In this document: in pieces, positions 48,371-61,810 of the stretch
Position numbering within the stretch: the stretch's first letter is position 1
Layout of the letters: every line of letters begins with the position of its first letter
DNA from: the human T2T-CHM13v2.0 reference genome, Homo sapiens
Assembly (NCBI RefSeq): GCF_009914755.1
Contig: NC_060932.1
DNA: 64,000 nt
Strand: one strand, 5' to 3'
The notes under the pieces: model-generated
Told to the model about the DNA's origin: nothing
Seen by the model: only the letters and a program-made list of their open reading frames with translations
The model's database searches: none
Position numbers and translations under genes: made by a program

Positions 48371-50439
48371 CTGTAAAGATAGAGAATAACAACTTCATTA
48401 TAAAGACTGGTATGTTTCAGAATATATTTCTTTTATTTTTACCACTTGTACACATATTATACTACAGAGACAAAATCCCAAATAGCTACATACATACATA
48501 TGCTCTCCAAGTATCTTAATTTCAAACATGATTGTCCTAGTGACTGAATGGGTGTGAGTTATGTATACTTTATCATCCTGGTGGTTCATATTCACTATCA
48601 GTGAAAATTAGGCAGTCAGAAAAAAGTAAAAGGGCTCACTACTCTCAAAAACCAGAATTTCTAAACAGACTAGGCCCTAAAAAGGGAAGAAGAAAAAAAT
48701 TACAGAGCAGAAAGGGAATCAAAATCAGAAGGGTGATGAGTGAAAGAACATGGCAGAAAAAAAAAGGGGTAAAAAATTATACCACTGAAGCTAACAAGTA
48801 TGAGTTTCTGCTCATGAGTAAATTAGGACAGGTAAAACAGCAAGAGCTACAAAAGATACCAAGGCAAGTAGGAAAAATCTGCTGCCATATCCAGGAGCAG
48901 CAAATACATCACAGTGTTCAATCACTTCCTGTCAAGTAGTCCAGAGGCCATATGTAGTTCTACCATGTTAGCTGTATGGTAGCAATGTCTCTGTATCCAA
49001 CACATGAAAAACAGTTAAATACAGACTGCCCACCACCCTCTTGTATTGAATCAATGGGAAAGACGAACAGATGAAACACAGAATATATGTTAATTGATTT
49101 TAATATCCTGGGTTGAAAATTGATGTACTCAAACATAAAACAAGGGACAGCATGAAATAGCAATATTTCAGGACTCCAACGTGAAGAGAAAAATTTCAGA
49201 GGCTATAACAGAAATATCTAAGACAAAATTCAGACAGCAACCACAGAGGACTAGATTATAATGGCTGCTACCAGGTACCAGACATTACACTAGATACTTT
49301 CCTATGTTCCCTCTAATCCTAATACCAACTCTAAGAGACAAGTACTACTTTATACTTTCTACAGAGAAGCTACAAATACTACTGTACAGTATTAAAAAGT
49401 TAACTTTTTACAGATAAGATAAGAAAGGCAAAAAAAGTAGGTCAGTAATAAGTAGAGACTAGAGATTCAAACACAACTAAATAATTCCAAACAATTCCCA
49501 CTATGCCATAATGTCTGTGGGTACAAGGGTTTTAAATGATATGCAAGAATTGTTTTTAGGTAACATTTAGTCCAACCGCTCAAGAAAGCCTAGAGATTCT
49601 GTAGCCCCTTTGTTCTCAATTCCCAAGTAAGAGGAGAGCCATACACTTAAATTAGAACAATCAGCACATATCTGTGAGCTAGAAACACAGAGAACAAAAG
49701 AACAAAGGCCAAAATAAAGTTGATAAAGATTCTGTGTTTAAAGGTGTAAACTATGAGCTGCTGTAGGAAGGAAGACCAGAATTCCTTTTAATTAGCATAT
49801 CTGTCATCCAATGACCATTCTAAATTTAAATGAGCTTGGATCAGCTGAAAGATAAGATTTAGAACCAAGACAACTACAAAACAAAAGATTAAAGAAAGTA
49901 CTGTCAACTGCTACTTGGGTGGGACATAAGAACAGCATCTGGTTTTCTAAACTCTGGTAACAATAATAGAATGATGAAATGTATTTCAGGAAGATAGGAA
50001 AAGCCCAGTCTCCTTGTACCATCAGGCCTCTGCCACCACCTAGGGCTCTAACCTACAGCTGCCTGAAACATTCGGACCCATTAACCTCTACAAGTCTTCA
50101 ATCTCTGCTGCCCTTAGCCACTGGCATAACCGCAAGCCTCTCGGGTCATCTAGCTTCTCACTCCTTGCTTCTTGCTCTCTCCCCACCACTTCACAGATAA
50201 CCATTCTCCTGGAGCCCACACTCCATTTTAAACATTTCCCCTGTGCTTTTCAACCTTTTCTAAAACTCCCTCTCTACCCTCTTGCCTTAAATGAAATGGT
50301 TCCTGAATCCTCCTAGACAAGAAGCTACTTACTCTCCCATTCACTATAAACGAGGGTAGTGGAAAATAGGCATTCTCCTAGTTTCCACGACTACTTCTGG
50401 GTCACTTATAGGATTTTATTTACTGTACACTACAAGGTT

Positions 50440-50610
50440 AAGGACAGTGTAGTGTCACCGTGAAAAGCAGGTGTTCTGGAGGTAGACTCCCTGTATTCAA
50501 ATCCTAGCTCTACCACTTAGTAACTGTATGATATTGAGCTAGTAACTCCAGCCCACTGTGCCTCAGTTTCCTCATAAAAAATGACATTATTGGCCTATTA
50601 GTGTTATTAT
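50440..50610 (+). mobile_element. MIR, interrupted by an Alu
   Basis: ttcaaatcctagctctaccactta...ctgtgcctcagtttcctcat. Confidence 0.72.
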
Positions 50611-50621
50611 GACAACCGAAC

Positions 50622-50890
50622 AGCCAGGCATGGGCTCACGCCTGTAATCCTAGCACTTTGGGAGGCTGAGGCAGGAGGACTGCTTGAGTCCCGGAGTTCA
50701 GAACCAGCCTGGTCAACATAGCAAGACCCTATCTGTACATAAACTATTAAAAAATTAGCCAGGCATGGTGGCTGTAGTTCCAGTTACTGGGGAGGCTGAG
50801 GTGGAATGATTGCTTGAGCCTGGGAGGTTGAGGCTGCAGCGAGTCATGATTGTGACACGGGTGACAGAGCAAGATCACATCTCAAAAAAC
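50622..50890 (+). mobile_element. AluJ
   Basis: Alu consensus with J diagnostics. Confidence 0.85.
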
Positions 50891-51066
50891 AAAGACAACT
50901 GAAAAACTTACATGGAAAACACTTAAAATTATAGCTGGCATCTAGTATTTGCTTAATAAATGCTTTTGTTATTCTTTTCTGTTTATCCTTTGTGTTCATG
51001 CTATACAGGTACACCATCCTTTACGCTTCTTCATTAATATCTATGAAATTCCCCAACATTTGATGA

Positions 51067-51385
<319 letters not shown>

Positions 51386-53016
51386 TCACATACTCTTCTT
51401 TTGTAACACAAGTCTGCCATCACTCTAAGTGACTTGAATATAGATATGTCTGATCCATCCAATAAAACTGCCTCAAAGTTCCTTGACCTCAGTTCCTACA
51501 ATCTTCACTTCCATCCAGGAAGAATCAAGATCACACTCTGAAAAGCACTTCATCACTGCTTAGAACTGCTCTGATGCTGACATTATGAACTCAAAGGTCC
51601 ACAATGCCTCTCCTCACCCCTCTCATTACTTCTCTCCCAGTCCTCCTGTTCAACTGCCTGAAATCCTCCTGTCCTTGACTTCTTCCAGTTTCTCACCAGA
51701 AAAGAATTCAGAAAAGAATAACAAAAGCATTTATTAATCTTCTTGGCACTCCTGGGGCTTTTTCTCCCTTCACCCTAAATCCTTAAATTCAACCACTCCT
51801 CTGCCAACTACCAATTACCTTGCCCCTCTGTTTCACGTACCCATCTTTCCCTTCTGTTTAAGAATGATATATCCAATGGTCCTTTAGCACCCACTCCCCA
51901 CAATATCCTCAGAAATATCACTGTTTTTCTCTCTCCTATAATTACAATCTTTCCTTTCTGTAGAATTTTTTCCGTGCCTATAAATATGTTCAAGACTCAA
52001 GGTTTTAAATGCCTTTAGATCTATGCTATCCTCAAATGAATTTTGTGCCATCTTTTTCCCATACCTTTAAAAGAGAAATTCTTGAAAAAGTAGAATATGT
52101 TCACTGTTCCAACTCTCTCTTCCATTCAGTACAGTATGACTTATGCAGTCATCATTCCACTGAAGTTACCTGACATGTTTGGGCTGTGTCCCCACCCTAA
52201 TCTCATCTTGAATTCTCATGTGTTGTGGGAGACCTGGTGGAAGGTAACTTAATCATGAGGGCAAGTCTTTCCATGCTATTCTCATAAAGCGAATAAATCT
52301 CATGAAATCTGATGGTTTGAAAAACGGGAATTTTTCTGCACAAGCTCTTTTTGCCTGCCACCCACCATCCACGTAAGATATGACTTGCTCCTCCTTGCCT
52401 TCTGCCATGATTGTGAGGCTTCTCCAGCCACGTGGAACTGTAAGATCCCCATTAAACCTCTTTCCTTTGTAAACTGCCCAGTCTCAGGTATGTCTTTATC
52501 AGCAGCATGAAAATGAACTAATACAGTAAACTGCTACCAACAGAGTGGGGTGCTGATAAAAAGTTACCTGAAAATGTGGAAGCGACTTTGGAACTAGGTA
52601 ATAGGCAGAGGTTGGAACAGTTTAGATGGCTCAGAAGACAGGAAAATGCGGGAAAGTTTGGAACTTCCTATAGACTTGTTGAATGGCTTTGACCAAAATG
52701 TTGATAGTGATATGGACAATAAGGCCCAGGCTGAGGTGGTCTCAGATGGAGATGAGAAACTTGTTGGGAACTAAAGCAAAGGTGACTCTTGCTATGTTTT
52801 CGCATAGAGACTGGCAGCATTTTGCCCCTGCCCTAGAGATTTGTGGAACTTTGAACTTGAGAAAGATGATTTAGGGTATCTGGTAGAAGAAATGTCTAAG
52901 CAGCAAAGCAGTCAAGCGGTGACTTGGGTGCTGTTAAAGGCATTCCATTTTATAATGAAAGTAGAGCATAAAAGTGTGGAAAATTTGCAGCCCGACAATG
53001 ATAGAAAAGAAAATCC

Positions 53017-53322
53017 GGGCTGGGCATGGCGGCTCACACCTGTAATCCCAGCACATTGGGAGGCTGAGGCAGGTGGATCACGAGGTCAGGAGTTCAAGAC
53101 CAGCCTGGCCAAGACGGTGAAACCCCATCTCTACTAAAAATACAGAAAATTAGCCAGGCATGGTGGTGGGCGCCTGTAATCCCAGCTACTCAGGAGGCTG
53201 AGATAGAGAATTGCTTGAACCCAGGAGGTGGAGGTTGCAGCGAGCTGAGATTGAGCCACTGCACTCCAGCCTGGGGGACAGAGTGAGACTCCGTCTCAAA
53301 AAAAAAAAAAAGAAAAAAGAAA
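53017..53322 (+). mobile_element. AluS within THE1 internal region
   Basis: TSD aaaagaaa(a/c)tcc. Confidence 0.9.
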
Positions 53323-54543
53323 CTCCCATTTTCTGAGGAGAAGTCCAAGCTGGCTACAGAAATTTGCATAAGTAACAGGGAGCTGAATGTTAATCCCCAA
53401 GAAAATGGGGAAAATGATGTCTCCAGGGCATGTCAGAGGTCTTCACACAGCCCCTCCCATCACAGGCCCGGAGGCCTAGGAGGAAAAAGTGGTTTTGTGG
53501 GCCAGGCCCAGGGTCCCTACGCTGTGTGCAGCCTAGGGACTTGATGCCCTGCATCCTATCCACTCCAGCCAGGGCTGAAAGGGGCCAACTTTGAGCTTGG
53601 GCCATAGTTTCAGATGGTACAAGCCTCAAGCCTTGGCAGCTCCCATGTGGTGGTGAGCCTGCGAGTGCAGAGAAGTCAAGAATTGAGGTTTGGGAACCTC
53701 CACCTAGATTTCAGAAGATGTATGGAAATACCTGGATGCCCAGGCAGAAATTTGCTGTAGAGGTAGGATCCTCACAGAGAACCTCTCCTAGGCCAGTGCA
53801 GAAGAGAAATGTGGTGTCAGAGCCCCCACACAGGGTCCCTACTGAGGCACCACCTAGTGGAGCTGTGAGAAGAGGGCCACCATCCTCCAGACCCCAGAAT
53901 GGTTCACTGACAACATGCACCGTGCACCTGGAAAAGCTGCAGACACTCAACGCCATCCAGTCAAGGCAGCCGGGAGGCTGCAACCTGCAAAGTCTCAGAG
54001 GCAGAGCTGCCCAAAACTATGGGAACCTACCTCTTGCATCAGCATGACCTGGATGTGACATGGAGTCAAGGGAGATCATTTTGGAGCTTTAAGATTTGAC
54101 TGCCCTGCTGTATTTCAGACTTGCATGGGGCCTGTAGCCCCTTTGTTTTGGCTAATTTCTGCCATTTGGAATGGCTGTATTTACCCATTGCCTGTACTCT
54201 CATTGTATCTAGGCAGTAACTAACTTGCTTTTGATTTCACAGGCTCATAGGCGGAAGGGACTTGCCTTGTCTCTGATGAGACTTAGGACTGTGGACTTTT
54301 GAGTTAATGCTGAAATGAGTTAAGATTTTGGGGGACTGTTGGGAAGTCATGATTGGTTTTGAAATGTGAGGGCTTAAGATTTGGGAGGGGCCAGGGGCAG
54401 AATGATACAATTTGGCTGTGTCCCCACCCAAATCTCATCTTGAATTCCCATGCGTTGTGGGAGGGACCCAGTGGGAGGTAACTGAATCATGGGGGCAAGT
54501 CTTTCCTGTGCTGTTGTCATGATAGTCTCACGAGACCTGACGG

Positions 54544-54859
54544 TTTTTTTGTTTGTTTGTTTGTTTTTATGAGATGGAGTCTCGCTCTGTCGCCCAGGCT
54601 GGAGGGCAGTGGTGCGATCTTGGCTCACTGCAAGCTCTGCCTCCTGTGTTCACACCATTCTCCTGCCTCAGCCTCCTGAGTAGCTGGGACTACAGGTGCC
54701 CACCGCCACGCCTGGCTAATTTTTTTTTTTTTTTGTATTTTTAGTAGAGACAGGGTTTCACTGTGTTAGCCAGGATGGTCTCGATCTCCTGACCTCATGA
54801 TCTGCCCGCCTCGGCCTCCCAAAGTGCTGGGATTACAGGCGTGAGCCACCGTGCCTGGC
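54544..54859 (-). mobile_element. AluY within THE1 3'LTR
   Basis: TSD cctga(c/t)ggtttt. Confidence 0.9.
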
Positions 54860-54887
54860 CCTGATGGTTTTAAAAACAGGAGTTTTT

Positions 54888-55165
54888 GCAAATACCACAT
54901 GTTCTCACTCATAAGTGGGAGTTGAATAATGAGAACACATGGACACAGGGAGGGGAACATCAAACACCAGGGCCCGTTGCGGGGTGGGGGACTAGGGGAG
55001 GGATAACATTAGAAGAAATACCTAATGTAGGTGACAAGTTTATGGGTGCAGCTAACCACCAGGGCACATGTATACCTATGTAACAAAACTGCACGTTCTG
55101 CACATGTAACCCAGAACTTAAAGTATAATTTAAAAAAAAAAAACAAGAAACAAACAAACAAAAAA
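54888..55165 (+). mobile_element. Short L1PA 3' end within THE1 3'LTR
   Basis: L1 3'UTR plus A-rich tail; TSD aaaaacaggagttt..tgca. Confidence 0.88.
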
Positions 55166-55464
55166 AACAGGAGTTTCTCTGCACAAGCTCTCTTTTTGCC
55201 TGCTGCCATCCATGTAAGAGATGACTTGCTACTCCTTGCCTTCTGCCATGATTGTGAGGTTTCCCCAGCCACATGGAACTGTGAGTTCTCCATTAAACCA
55301 CTGTCCTTTGTAAATTGCCCAGTTTCAGGTATGTCTTTATTAGCAGCGTGAAAATGGACAAATACTTTACCCTTGCTATGGTCACTTATGACCAAGATTA
55401 CTTTCAGTTTTCAAGTTTATATTTCCTGTTTACATTTAAAATTAATAACCATTCCATTTCCTCC

Positions 55465-55753
55465 TTTTTTTTTTTTGAGATGGGGTTTCACTCTTGTTGT
55501 CCAGGCTGGAGTGCAGCAGTGCGATTTCGGCTCGCTGGAACCTCCACCTCCTGGGTTCAAGCGACTCTCCTGCCTCAGCCTCTTGAGTAGCTGGGATTAC
55601 AGGCATCTGCCACCACACTCAGCTAATTTTTTTGTATTTTTAGTAGAGACGGGGTTTCACCATGTTGGCCGGTCTGGTCTCAAACTCCTGACCTTACACC
55701 AGCCTCGGCCTCCCAAAGTGCTGGGGTTATAGGCGTGAGCCACCACACCCAGC
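55465..55753 (-). mobile_element. AluS
   Basis: Reverse Alu; TSD tcctcc(t)tt. Confidence 0.88.
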
Positions 55754-55779
55754 CTCCTCCTTCTTAAAATATGTTTTTC

Positions 55780-56069
55780 AGCCAGGTGTGGTGGCTCACA
55801 CCTGTAATCCTAGCACTTTGGAAAGCCAAAGTAGGGTGGATCGCTTGAGCCCAGGAGTTTGAGACCAGCCTAAGCAACATGGCAAAACTCCGTCTCTACA
55901 AAAAATACAAAAATTAGCCAGGCTGGTGGTACGTGCCTGTGGTCCCAGCTACTCAGGAGGCTGAGGTGGGATAACCACCTGAGCCCAGGGAGGTTGAGGC
56001 TGCAGTGAGCTGTGATTGCGCCACTGCACTCCAGCCTAGGCGACAGTGAGATCCTGTCTCAAAAAAAAA
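55780..56069 (+). mobile_element. AluJb-like
   Basis: Alu consensus, head-to-head with the previous Alu. Confidence 0.88.
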
Positions 56070-56524
56070 GGTTTTCCCTGGTTTCTACAGCCCAAGTGTC
56101 AGTTTTCTCAAATATCATGTTCTTCAGATATTTCTCCCTGATGCTCACTTCCTGCTAGATACTCTAAGTGAGCTTTTCCACACCCTTAATGAACAACTGT
56201 ATATCAAAGGCTCCCAAATTTCTCTCACCATCCTTTATCTGCACAGACATGTAGCCAACTACCCACTATTCATCTCAATTTAATAACCCCAAAGTGCATG
56301 GAATGTAATTTTCTAATCTGACCTATAAATCTTTCCTCTCAAACCTGCTGCCCTTCCCTTCCATACACAGAGTAACCATTTGTTTAAACTTATGCATTTT
56401 ATCTTGTACCCTATCTTACAGAAGTAGATGGCATGATCAATTGCTGAAGGCTCAGTTACAACTACAATTGAGAAACCTCCCACAGGATGCTGCCTTTAAT
56501 TAGTAGACAATGTATCTCTCCTAG

Positions 56525-57093
<569 letters not shown>

Positions 57094-57680
57094 TGAGAGG
57101 TCCTAGTGCCTAAGTGAAGAATGCATCCACCAGGGCACATAACCATGATTCCATTCCATTGGAAGTTGAGGCTGCCCCTTGACCACCTTGAGCTCCTCAT
57201 CCCAAAGAACCAAAAAGCAGAGAAAGGGGTCCTGTTCTGGCTGGAATGAATCATTTCAATTACTGAACAGAAAATTAAAGCTTTGCTATACAATAAGGAC
57301 AAGAATCACATCTGAAATCTAGGGGATTCCCTCAGATGCCTCTCAGATGCCCCCTAACAGTCCTAGGCAACAGAAACTGCAACAACCCAATAAAGATATA
57401 AACAGCAGTGAAGGTCCTAAAGAAACAAGGGTCTAGGTCATCCCAATAGAAATGTCAGCAGAAGGAAAAGGAAACACCGAAGGGGTGAAGAAATAAAGCA
57501 GTATGTATCAACTTCGGCCATACTACCAGCTAAGGGAAGCAGGGACTGTTACAATTTAGTTTTATACTATTTCTTTCAACCACTTTTCTTTCCACTATCT
57601 TGCATAAAAGACACTAGAGGTAGCTAATATTTTAGGTGGGAACAGGGCTGAACTGTCATCTATCACACTAACAGAATAGC

Positions 57681-57875
57681 TCAGGGATTAGCAAACTGTC
57701 TCTTAAAGGGCCAGATAGAAATATTTCAGGCTTTGTGGGTCACACAGTCTCTGTCTCAGCTACTCGCCTCTGCCAGCGTAGCTCCAAAACCTCCACAGTC
57801 AATATGTAAATAAATGGGGATGGCTGTGTTCAAGTAACATTTCACTTAAAAAACAAGTAGTCAGCCATTACCAAC
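57681..57875. mobile_element. MER58A-like
   Basis: cagggattagcaaact...aaagggccagatag...aatatttcaggctttgtggg...ggctgtgttc. Confidence 0.72.
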
Positions 57876-57980
57876 TCTTTCAGTGGCTCATAGGACTTTG
57901 TAAGTTCCCCATGTTAGGAGCACTAGCTTTTCATCTCAACCAAAGACAATAGTGGATGCGTTGGGGTTAAAAAGGTAGAC

Positions 57981-58492
57981 TGTTCTGATTATTCTCATTT
58001 TGCCCCTCCTGATCTGCTCTCTACCCTACTCAATATCCTACGAGTTGCATTAACTGGGCTCTACCCTTCTGGCTGGGTTGGTCCAACAGTTTCCACAAAA
58101 AGGAAACTGGAAAACAGAAGGAAAGCAAGTTTATATTAATTACCCCAGATTCCTTTCTGCCAGGCTGCAGGTAAGCAGTAGCTTCATTCTTCTATTAAAA
58201 GACACAGGTCCTACAAGGTGACCCATTCCATGGCTACAGTAGGTTCTAGTAACTTCCCCTTCCCGTTGTTGTTTCAGGCCTAGACAACTGTTCCTCACTG
58301 TTGATAGCTCAGAGGGTTCCTCCACCTCATGTTGGTTTCTGTTAACTCTGTTCTAAATAGTCCCTTCATTTCCCTCAATTAACTTGTGTGTGTGTGTGAG
58401 TGTGTGTGTATATATATGTATGTGTATATATATATACACATACATATATGTATATCTGCCATTTACTTCCTACCAAGATCCTAACCCATACA
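57981..58492 (+). mobile_element. LTR33-like ERVL LTR with internal (TG)/(TA) microsatellite
   Basis: tgttctg...tttgcccctcctgatctgctctctaccct...ttctggctgggttggtccaa; ends ...cccataca. Confidence 0.62.
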
Positions 58493-58717
58493 ACATCCAA
58501 TCAAAGTTTCCAATGGGAAACTTAAGTCATCCACAACCCCTTTATAGCAGTCTTGAAAAAGCCACATGCAACTTCTATTGATTCCTCAGGGACAACACAG
58601 GTGGAAGGGGGAATGAAAGACGTAAAAAGTGCATCAAACTCTTAGGTCATCAGTGATTAAAAAGGGTTTCATCATTTGCCAACTTTATGCCCTTAAGAAA
58701 GTTACTTAACCTCCATT

Positions 58718-59064
58718 CTTTTTTTAGTTTTTTTTTTTTTTTTTGAGACGGAGTCTTGCTCCGTCGCCCAGGCTGGAGTGCAGTGGCGCGATCTCGGCTC
58801 CCTGCAAGTTCGCCTCCCAGGTTCGGCGCGATCTCGGCTCCCTGCAAGTTCGCCTCCCAGGTTCATGCCATTCTCCTGCCTCAGCCTCCCGAGTAGCTGG
58901 GACCACAGGCACCCACCACCACAGCCGGCTAATTTTTTGTATTTTTAGTAGAGACAGGGTTTCACCGTGTTAGCCAGGATGGTTTCGATCTCCTGACCTC
59001 ATGATCCACCCGCCTCAGCCTCCCAAAGTGCTGGGACTACAGGTGTGAGCCACCGTGCCTGGCC
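58718..59064 (-). mobile_element. AluY with perfect 40-bp internal duplication, inserted in a MIR-like remnant
   Basis: TSD aacctccattctttt. Confidence 0.92.
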
Positions 59065-59691
59065 CTGAACCTCCATTCTTTTAGCTGCCTCAATCATGCC
59101 TTAATTCTAATATTAGGATTAAAATATTATCTATCTCACAGGGTAATTATGAAGATTAAGTGAGTTAATACACATAAACCTTAGAAGATATCTTACATAT
59201 ATTAATGGCTAAATATATGTTCACTAATTCAATCATGTCAACTCTATTTCAATTCCATTTTCACTAATGCTATCTTCATTTAGGACTTCACCATTTCTCC
59301 CCTAGATTACCGCAGTAACCTCTGAACTAGACTCCCTAATTCCCTTATCTTTCCTACCCAATTCATACAACATAATACAACTCAAGTATCCTACTATATA
59401 AGATATAAGGTACATAACCTAGGGAAGACTGCATGAGAAATTCCATAAACGAGGAGACTAAATTTAATAAATCTTTTAGGAACATTACAAATCTAAGATT
59501 CTATGACTCATGAAAAGCGACATTTTTCTATCTATTCAGCTTATCCTAAGTAAATATATACATACATGGGTAACAAATCTGACAGAGAAGTTGATACCAT
59601 CACTCAAGGAAAACCAGCTCTCATTAACATTTTAGCCTATGTAATAAAGGTAGCCCTAAGAAAGTAAATTAAATAAATACTTGAGTTTTCA

Positions 59692-59998
59692 GCCAGGTGC
59701 AGTGGTTCATGCCTGTAATCCCAGCATTTTGGGAGGCAGAGGCAGGTGAATCACTTGAGGTCAGGAGTTCGAGACCAGCCTGGCCAACATGGAGAAAACT
59801 CTGACTCCATTAAAAATACACAAATAAGCTGGGCGTGGTCATGCACACCTGTAATTCAAGCTACTTGGGAGGCTGAGGTAGGACAACTGCTTGAACCCAG
59901 GAGGTGGAGGTTGCAGTGAGCCAAGATCACAGCACTGCACTCCAGCCTCAGTGACAGAGCGAGACTCTGTCTCCAAAAACAAACAAACAAACAAAAAA
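59692..59998 (+). mobile_element. AluS
   Basis: Alu consensus with (AAAC)n tail. Confidence 0.9.
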
Positions 59999-60543
59999 CT
60001 TGAATGTTCAAGCTTTTTCCTAAAATTGATTATATCAGCAATCCATACATCTAAATTGTGTCGGGAGGCAGGGGGAGGTAGAGGGTTTCTAGATCTCAAA
60101 TACTCTATCTAAAACTTCATTACAAAGCAACATCACCTAAACCAAGTCAGTCAAGAAGCAAAAATGGCCTCTTAGAAGCCAAGTCAGTGAGTGTATTAAT
60201 CTTAATTTTTTTCATAGAAGAAATGTCGCTATGGGCTTATACTTGTTTCATGCACAATTATAAAATGCTTGGCTATACAGGCTTTCATATTATACACCAG
60301 ATAAAGAGGAATAAAATTTTAATTAGGAAATTGAAAAAAAAGGAAAGGGAGAATTTGGGAGGCAATAGGTATTAATAGAAGGACCATGGAACTTGTAATC
60401 ACACAGACCCTAATTTTAATTCTTACCTATTCTTGAAACACAATTATCTGGAAGACTACAAACTTTCTAAGTACTGTGAGGGGTGGATTGTTACTCTTTA
60501 TAGTGGACTTGTTACTATTTATAATTGTTGAGAATAAACTTAC

Positions 60544-60598
60544 CACAACAGATTTTCTCTGGAAATTTATGTTGTTGATGCAGACGACCTGATGGGTT
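60544..60598 (-). CDS. TAF2: TAF2 exon 2 (THQVVCINNINFQRKSVV; 55 nt)
   Basis: Acceptor ...ttaatatAC|AACCCAT, donor GTG|gtaagt; 83+55=138 nt keeps frame. Confidence 0.93.
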
Positions 60599-61348
<750 letters not shown>

Positions 61349-61431
61349 AATTTATATGGCCTTGGGCTTTCAAAGCCCTTGTCTCCTTTCTTCCTGTTCA
61401 TTCTGGCGAGCTCTACACCAGTCAGCGGCAT
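61349..61431 (-). CDS. TAF2: TAF2 coding exon 1 (MPLTGVELARMNRKKGDKGFESPRPYKL; c.1-83)
   Basis: Translation matches the recalled TAF2 N-terminus. It lies in a CpG island and ends TT|ATAAGT (AT donor). Confidence 0.95.
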
Positions 61432-61810
61432 GAAGCGGTCCCGCGGAGCTTGGCTTCCCGGCTTCCTAGGGGGATACGGGGCATTACTAGTCTTTGGCAC
61501 CTCACACTCTCCACTCCCCTGCGGTCCCCAAGTCACGTCTCGCAGCTGGCCGGTGCCCAGGTGAGCGACCTGACGGGTCGCTGCCCGCCTCAACCTCGCT
61601 CCTTCGACTAGCTCCTAGAAGCCGCCGTCGACAAGCTTCTGTCACAGAGATGCTCCTCTCCACAAGGGCTCGAAGCTACCATCCGCCGACATCTTGTCTG
61701 TAACCTCTGACCTCCGACGTCAGCGGAAGTGGAACGGCGGCGGGGGTAGAACCAGGAAGTCTTGTCAATGGGCAGGGCTTGCGATCTTCGCATGTGTCTT
61801 ATCGTAAAGA
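61400..61810 (-). promoter_or_regulatory. TAF2: TAF2 CpG-island promoter and 5'UTR
   Basis: Only CpG-dense non-Alu segment. CRE-like TGACGTCG (61715-61722), ETS CGGAAGTG (61724-61731) and CAGGAAGT (61753-61760), YY1-like CAAGATGTCGGCGG (61683-61696). The TSS is inferred near 61700. Confidence 0.8.

Larger units (their letters stand above)
52171..55366 (+). mobile_element. Full-length THE1 MaLR (5'LTR 52171-52525, internal 52526-54402, 3'LTR 54403-55366 interrupted)
   Basis: Two LTRs, THE1 internal sequence, purine tract before the 3'LTR, 5-bp TSD ttacc (52166-52170, 55367-55371). Confidence 0.92.

Noticed and set aside
48601-48939. 112-aa lysine-rich + strand ORF
   Set aside because: GTG start, A-rich compositional bias, no splice or homology support.
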